In this document: piece by piece, positions 28,117 through 33,093 of the stretch | How the letters are laid out: every line of letters begins with the position of its first letter | How positions within the stretch are numbered: the first letter of the stretch is position 1 | Source of the DNA: Pseudolysinimonas sp. | Lineage (GTDB): Bacteria > Actinomycetota > Actinomycetes > Actinomycetales > Microbacteriaceae | Assembly: GCA_039933575.1 (NCBI GenBank) | Contig: JBDTNW010000001.1 | Coordinates: 1 to 33,093 of the forward strand | Length of the DNA stretch: 33,093 nt | Direction of reading: 5' to 3' | The notes under the pieces: generated by a model | What the model was told of the DNA's origin: nothing | Databases searched by the model: none | What the model saw: the letters and a program-made list of their open reading frames with translations, nothing else | Position numbers and translations under genes: made by a program

Positions 28117-29955
28117 GTGTGCGGAATCTTCGGCTACGTCGGCCCTGACGCTCTCGACTCGACGTCGGCGAAGTTCCTCGTCAAGCACGCGCAGCAGCGC
28201 GGCCGTGACTCGAGCGGCATGGTCATCCGCGACGCCGACGCGTACCACGCCTACCGCGCGGACTACCAGATTGACTGGCTCCTCAAGCGCATCCCCCCGC
28301 TCGGCAATCTCTTCTTCGGCCACAGCCGCCTGGTGACCAACGGCACCGGTGACAACCAGCCGGTGCTTCGCGAGCAGATCCTGGTGCTGCACAACGGCAT
28401 CGTGGTGAATGAGCAGGCCGTCTGGGATGCCATCGGCAAGTCCCCGGAGCTCACCGTCGACACCGAGGTTATCCCGGCGATCATCGCGTCGCACCTCGAG
28501 GCGGGCGGCTCGATCGAGTCCGCCGCAGCGCGGGTGCTCGAACTCACCGAAGGCGTCGTCGCGTGCGCCGTCCTCGTACCCGGTCTGGGAAAGCTGCTGC
28601 TCTTCTCGAACAACGGCAGCCTGTATGTCGGAGCCAAGAGCGGCGGAACGGTGTTCTCCTCGGAGCGCTACCCGCTTGAACAGATTGCGGCCACCGACAT
28701 CCGACAGATCAAGGGCGACGAGGCGGTCGTGCTCGACGTGCCGACACAGGACGCGCAGATCGAGGTTAAGGAGTGGCGCGACCGCTCCATCGACCTCGTG
28801 CCCGGGCTCGGGATGCTGGCAGAGGAGGAGGCACTGCTCGAGTATCCGAAGCCGAACTTCCGGCGCTGCACCCGCTGCATCCTCCCCGAGACAATGCCGT
28901 TCATCAAGTTCGACGATCAGGGCGTCTGCAACTACTGTCACGCCTACAAGCCGCGCAATCACCCCCGGCCGAAGGAAGAGCTGTTCGACCTCATCAAGCC
29001 GTTCCGCCGCGCGAAGGGCGACGAGGTGCTCGTGCCATTTTCGGGCGGCCGCGACAGCTCCTACGGTCTGCACCTCATCGTGAAAGAGCTCGAGTTGCGA
29101 CCGGTGACCTACACCTACGACTGGGGGATGGTGACTGACCTCGGGCGCCGAAACGTCAGCCGGATGTCAGCGAAGCTCGGGGTCGAGAACATCATCGTCG
29201 CGGCCGACATCACCAAGAAGCGCGACTACATTCGGCGCAACCTTGAGGCGTGGCTGAAATCCCCCCACCTCGGGATGCTGAGCGTCCTCACGGCTGGCGA
29301 CAAGCACTTCTTCCGCCACATCGAGACCCTGAAGCGCCAGACCGGGGTCTCTCTCAACCTCTGGGGGATCAACCCGCTCGAGGTCACCCACTTCAAGGCG
29401 GGCTTCTTGGGAGTTCCGCCAGACTTCGCCGAAGAGCGGGTCTACAGCCACGGTGCGATGAAGCAGTTGCGCTACCAGTCGCTGCGGCTCAAAGCGATGA
29501 CGCAGAGCCTCGGCTACTTCAACAGGTCGATTCCGGACACGCTCCTGGGTGAGTACTACCGCAGCTTCACCACGAAGACCGACTACTTCCACATCTTCGA
29601 CTACTGGCGCTGGGACGAGAAGCAGATCGAGGAGACCCTCGACAGCGAGTACGACTGGGAGCACGCCCCCGACACCCGGACCACTTGGCGCATCGGCGAC
29701 GGTACCGCGGCGTTCTACAACTACGCGTACTACACGATCGCAGGATTCAGCGAGCACGATACATTCCGCAGCAACCAGGTGCGCGAAGGCGACATCACCC
29801 GCGACGAGGCGCTCCGACTCGTCGAGGAGGAGAACACCCCTCGGTACCCGAACCTGAAGTGGTACCTCGACGTCGTTGGGGTGGATTTCGCCTACGCGAT
29901 CAACACGATCAATCGCACTCCCAAGCTCTACCAGCAGGACCCGGCGGCGAGCTGA
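28117..29955 (+). CDS. Fusion of a class II (Ntn) glutamine amidotransferase and a WbuX-like PP-loop amidotransferase
   Basis: N-terminal MCGIFG, RGRDSSG, GHSRL, HNGIV and DTEVI; then CTRC..CNYC, PFSGGRDSSY and QVREGDITRDEAL. Confidence 0.88.
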   Translation: MCGIFGYVGPDALDSTSAKFLVKHAQQRGRDSSGMVIRDADAYHAYRADYQIDWLLKRIPPLGNLFFGHSRLVTNGTGDNQPVLREQILVLHNGIVVNEQAVWDAIGKSPELTVDTEVIPAIIASHLEAGGSIESAAARVLELTEGVVACAVLVPGLGKLLLFSNNGSLYVGAKSGGTVFSSERYPLEQIAATDIRQIKGDEAVVLDVPTQDAQIEVKEWRDRSIDLVPGLGMLAEEEALLEYPKPNFRRCTRCILPETMPFIKFDDQGVCNYCHAYKPRNHPRPKEELFDLIKPFRRAKGDEVLVPFSGGRDSSYGLHLIVKELELRPVTYTYDWGMVTDLGRRNVSRMSAKLGVENIIVAADITKKRDYIRRNLEAWLKSPHLGMLSVLTAGDKHFFRHIETLKRQTGVSLNLWGINPLEVTHFKAGFLGVPPDFAEERVYSHGAMKQLRYQSLRLKAMTQSLGYFNRSIPDTLLGEYYRSFTTKTDYFHIFDYWRWDEKQIEETLDSEYDWEHAPDTRTTWRIGDGTAAFYNYAYYTIAGFSEHDTFRSNQVREGDITRDEALRLVEEENTPRYPNLKWYLDVVGVDFAYAINTINRTPKLYQQDPAAS

Positions 29956-29981
29956 CGCTTCGTCCTGACCCACCGCGGAGC

Positions 29982-31604
29982 TCAGCCTCGGGCTGCGGGC
30001 TTCGACTTCGAGGGCACCTTCGACTTCGAGGGCACCCTCGATTTTGACGGTGCCGTCAACTTTGGCGGCATGGTCGCGAGGTCAAGACTCGGCCGTCGCA
30101 CCACCGGCCAGAGCACCGCGAGCAATCCCGCAAAGGCGAGCGCTCCGATAACCCAGACCGCGGTGGGTCCAACCGGGAAGCCCGTCCACCACCACTCGGA
30201 TCCGGCATCCAGGTTCGCGCCCTGCTGGTCGGCACCCGTGACATAGCGACGGATGTTGACTTGGAGCGCCACGAAGTTCGCTCCGGCGATCGCGGCGAAT
30301 ATCGTGAAGGTTTGAATCCTGCTGAACACGAGCTCGCGTCCGCGCGGCATCGTCGCCAGCAGAAGCGAGAGCAACAGGATCAGGGGCAGCAGATAGCGGG
30401 GCTGCAGCGCTTGCCCGACTCTGGTGCCGCCGACGGTCAGGACGTAGACCGGTAGCACAATCAGCACCAGCAATACCCCGAGGATGCTGATCGCCTTGCG
30501 CCACTCGAGTCGTCCGAGCCCGGCGAAGGCCACGACGATGAACGCCGCCGCTCCCGCCCACGGCACGATGGCGGGGAAGCCGGTGTCGAACCAGCCGAGG
30601 GCCCAGGTGCCCCAGACGCCGGTCCAGAGGTACGGCAGCATGAGCAGGTTGTAGGCCCCGAGCGCGAAACCGGTGAGCGGCACATCGGCCGGGATGCCGA
30701 CGACAACGCCACCGGGAGCCGCGATGGATTGAGCGCTCGTGAATCCGACCGCACCCACGCCCGACTGGCCGGCCATCATGAAGAACATCACCGCGATGAT
30801 GATTCCCACAACGGGCAGGATCGTCCGCGTCGCCCAGTAACGGGTGAGGGCGAATGAGAGCACAGCTGCCGTCACGCTTGCTCCGACCACGTAGATGCCC
30901 GCATCTCCTCGAGCACCCGACGCCATGACAACGCCGATCAGGTATAGGGCACCGAGCGCCCACCGCCGCCTCCCCGCGGTCTCGAACCAGCCGAGCAGCG
31001 CCAAAAATGCCGTACCGACCCCCATGATCGCCCACCCGCTCGGGTTGTTGGACGGAATCAGGAAGATGCCGAGCGGGATCACCGCGACCAGCCAACCCCA
31101 CAGCAAGGTGCGTCGCCGCGAAGCCGACAACAGTCCCGCGAGCGCCGTAGCCAATGCAACGAACAGCGCCGCGTTGACGAGTCGCATGGTGAGAGCGCTC
31201 ACCTGGACGTCCGGCCCGGCGAACAGGTGCATCACGGAGTAGTAGACCGGCGGGTACTCCCCCGCGAAGTTTCCGCGGTTGGTCTCGTAGCTCCCTCGCA
31301 CGTTCAGCGTCTCGAACTGGCAGGCAGCGCTGAGATCTTGATGTCCCGCGAAGCAAGAGAAACCCTCGAACTCAGCATCGACGCTGCGGTGATCGCTGTC
31401 GGTACCTGGTCGGCACTGGGCGCTTCCCCCGTCCGCACACCAGATGCTGACCAGGTGATAGTCGTCGTCGGGGGCGGCGCCGATCGGGGAGGCGAAAGCC
31501 CATGCTGAGAGCGCGAGGAACGCGAGAACAGGAGCGAGGTGAATGAGCCGGATGCGTCGCACGAAACCGATGAATCCACGGCTCGGGATGGGCGTGTCAG
31601 TCAT
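29982..31604 (-). CDS. DUF2142-like polytopic membrane protein (GT-C fold candidate)
   Basis: First TM followed by APDDDYHL loop motif, YPPVYY, more than 10 hydrophobic segments and QPRYLLP. Confidence 0.75.
   Translation of the reverse strand: MTDTPIPSRGFIGFVRRIRLIHLAPVLAFLALSAWAFASPIGAAPDDDYHLVSIWCADGGSAQCRPGTDSDHRSVDAEFEGFSCFAGHQDLSAACQFETLNVRGSYETNRGNFAGEYPPVYYSVMHLFAGPDVQVSALTMRLVNAALFVALATALAGLLSASRRRTLLWGWLVAVIPLGIFLIPSNNPSGWAIMGVGTAFLALLGWFETAGRRRWALGALYLIGVVMASGARGDAGIYVVGASVTAAVLSFALTRYWATRTILPVVGIIIAVMFFMMAGQSGVGAVGFTSAQSIAAPGGVVVGIPADVPLTGFALGAYNLLMLPYLWTGVWGTWALGWFDTGFPAIVPWAGAAAFIVVAFAGLGRLEWRKAISILGVLLVLIVLPVYVLTVGGTRVGQALQPRYLLPLILLLSLLLATMPRGRELVFSRIQTFTIFAAIAGANFVALQVNIRRYVTGADQQGANLDAGSEWWWTGFPVGPTAVWVIGALAFAGLLAVLWPVVRRPSLDLATMPPKLTAPSKSRVPSKSKVPSKSKPAARG
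30001..30054. repeat. 18-bp tandem repeat (two exact copies plus one degenerate) encoding a PSKSxV tail
   Basis: ttcgacttcgagggcacc x2, then ctcgattttgacggtgcc. Confidence 0.9.
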
Positions 31605-31938
31605 CGAGGGATTGCCGCTTCTCCAACTCGAGAGCCAGTTTCTGAACTGTCTTACGCAACTCGTCGCGGGTCTTCGCGACCTCCAGCGTCAGCTGCATGA
31701 GCAGGAGGAACAACACGAAGAAGGCGCCGACGAAGAGCAGGTTGATCGGCTGGGAGATGCCGAAAAAGATGGCGATGGTGTCGAGCAGGCCAGGCCAGGC
31801 GGACAGCACGATCGCCACGACCGAAGCGGCGAGCCAGATCACGGCGTACTTCTCGGGCAACACGTAGGAGCGCAGCAGCACGATGACCACGATCAGCAGA
31901 ACCGCCGCCATCGCAATAGCAAGAATCTGAGGGGTCAC
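31597..31938 (-). CDS. DUF2304 small membrane protein (GacJ/Rv3632-like)
   Basis: 113 aa with 3 TM segments; EKYAVIWL, GISQPINLLF and coiled tail LVQKLAL-like; GTGA-coupled to the GT2. Confidence 0.82.
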   Translation of the reverse strand: MTPQILAIAMAAVLLIVVIVLLRSYVLPEKYAVIWLAASVVAIVLSAWPGLLDTIAIFFGISQPINLLFVGAFFVLFLLLMQLTLEVAKTRDELRKTVQKLALELEKRQSLDD

Positions 31939-32681
31939 GCGACGGACTCCCCCGCTGTCCGCCTTCGGAGTTCCCGCAATCGCGGGGGGACGCTGCGAAA
32001 ACTCGCCAACACGAGGATGAACATAATCCGTCCGGTGTAACCGATGGAGCGAAAGACCGACTGCGACGGAACACCGCCCGCCCGCTCGTTCATCCCGACC
32101 GGGATCTCCGCGACGGTGAGTCCCTGACGGGTGGCGAGAACGATCGATTCGACCGTGTCGCCGAGCCACTCGACGGGATAGTGCTCGGCGAAGACGGCCA
32201 GGGCGCGCGGTCCGGCGATCCTGAAGCCGCTGGAGGCATCCGTGATCCTCGTGCGGGCGTAGAGGGACACGACCCGGGCGATCAGGTGATGAACGCCCCG
32301 TCGCGCCGCAGACGATTTGAAAGCATCGCCTCCCGGTGCATATCTGCTCCCAATGACGATGTCGGCGTGCGCTGTGGCGGCGATCAGTTCGGCGATGTGC
32401 CCAGGGCGGTGCTGGCCGTCGCCATCGAATTGGATGACCGCGTCGTACCGGTTGGCGGCGGCGTATTTGAACGCCGTCCCCATCGCGGCGCCGACGCCAA
32501 GGTTGATGGCATGGGAGAGCACGTGAGCGCCGGCCGTGCGGGCGATCCGCCCCGTATCGTCGCGCGAGCCGTCATCGACGACCACGGTATCCGCCAGCGG
32601 ATGCACCGCCGAGAGAGCGGCGAGGACTTCACCGATGGCGTCCGCCTCGTTGAGCGCGGGGATCGCGACGAGCACCCTCAT
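31935..32681 (-). CDS. DPM1/GtrB-like GT2 polyprenyl-phosphate glycosyltransferase (GacI/PpgS-like)
   Basis: IPALNEA, VVDDGSRD, NLGVGAA, FDGDGQH, VIGSRY, DASSGFR and RAGGVPS. Confidence 0.9.
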   Translation of the reverse strand: MRVLVAIPALNEADAIGEVLAALSAVHPLADTVVVDDGSRDDTGRIARTAGAHVLSHAINLGVGAAMGTAFKYAAANRYDAVIQFDGDGQHRPGHIAELIAATAHADIVIGSRYAPGGDAFKSSAARRGVHHLIARVVSLYARTRITDASSGFRIAGPRALAVFAEHYPVEWLGDTVESIVLATRQGLTVAEIPVGMNERAGGVPSQSVFRSIGYTGRIMFILVLASFRSVPPRLRELRRRTAGESVA

Positions 32682-32689
32682 GGGTATCG

Positions 32690-32695
32690 AGCCTA
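32690..32695 (-). promoter_or_regulatory. -10 element TAGGCT of a probable leaderless promoter, overlapping the upstream stop codon
   Basis: TANNNT ending 8 nt before ATG 32681; no SD. Confidence 0.45.
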
Positions 32696-33091
32696 CCCGC
32701 CGAGGCGATTCGCCACGCGCCTCACAACGTCGCGGACGCCGGAGTGACGCAGGTGGTGCCAAGCCATCCTGGCGTCGTAGAGCGGGCCTGACAATCGGCG
32801 GCTCCTGCTCACCATTCCGGTTCCCATGGCATCCCGGTCGCTGAGGTAATCGGCCGCATGCCACGGACTCGCCACATACCGTCGAAGCGGCCCCAGCACC
32901 GCCGGCCAGGCGAAGGATTGCCGCACGCGCGCGACATTTTCGCGATAGAAGGCCGCCCGAACCGGGTCGAGCACCTCGGTGATCGCGGCGGCGAGCGCCG
33001 CGACGTCGTTGCCCAGTACAACCACGCCGAGCCCCTCGTCGCGCACGAGATCGGCAAACCCGTCGCCGTCGGTCACGACCATCGGCAGGCC
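32693..33091 (-). CDS. GT-B glycosyltransferase C-terminus, 5'-truncated by the window edge
   Basis: GLPMVVTDGD..GLGVVV..DVAALAAAI..FAW; frame is open to the window end. Confidence 0.75.
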   Translation of the reverse strand, partial: GLPMVVTDGDGFADLVRDEGLGVVVLGNDVAALAAAITEVLDPVRAAFYRENVARVRQSFAWPAVLGPLRRYVASPWHAADYLSDRDAMGTGMVSRSRRLSGPLYDARMAWHHLRHSGVRDVVRRVANRLGG

Positions 33092-33093
33092 CG

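Noticed and set aside
28117-29955. glmS or asnB
   Set aside because: Only the Ntn glutaminase domain is shared; there are no SIS domains, and the C-terminal half has WbuX-like CxxC and PP-loop features.

Overview
High-GC actinobacterial window, most consistent with Microbacterium/Microbacteriaceae (inferred from gene content and TANNNT leaderless promoters). It is entirely occupied by a cell-surface glycan biosynthesis locus of about 29 genes in 10 alternating strand blocks. It contains a WbpA/WbpB/WbpE/WbpI-like route to 2,3-diamino-uronic acids, a second dehydratase/aminotransferase/methyltransferase cassette, and an SDR-metallophosphoesterase-ATP-grasp operon. It also has eight glycosyltransferase-like genes, an O-acyltransferase, a PglK/MsbA-type ABC exporter, a GT2/DUF2304/DUF2142 lipid-carrier decoration module, and a secreted protein with two FG-GAP/tachylectin-like propellers. 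The most striking feature is three PP-loop N-acetyl-sugar amidotransferases (WbuX/WbpG/PseA type), each apparently with a different ammonia supply: one fused to a HisF-like barrel next to HisH, one fused to a class II (Ntn) glutaminase, and one stand-alone, with an orphan HisH/HisF pair 19 kb away. No rRNA, tRNA, CRISPR or mobile element was seen. All calls come from motif recognition by eye; no database search was run.
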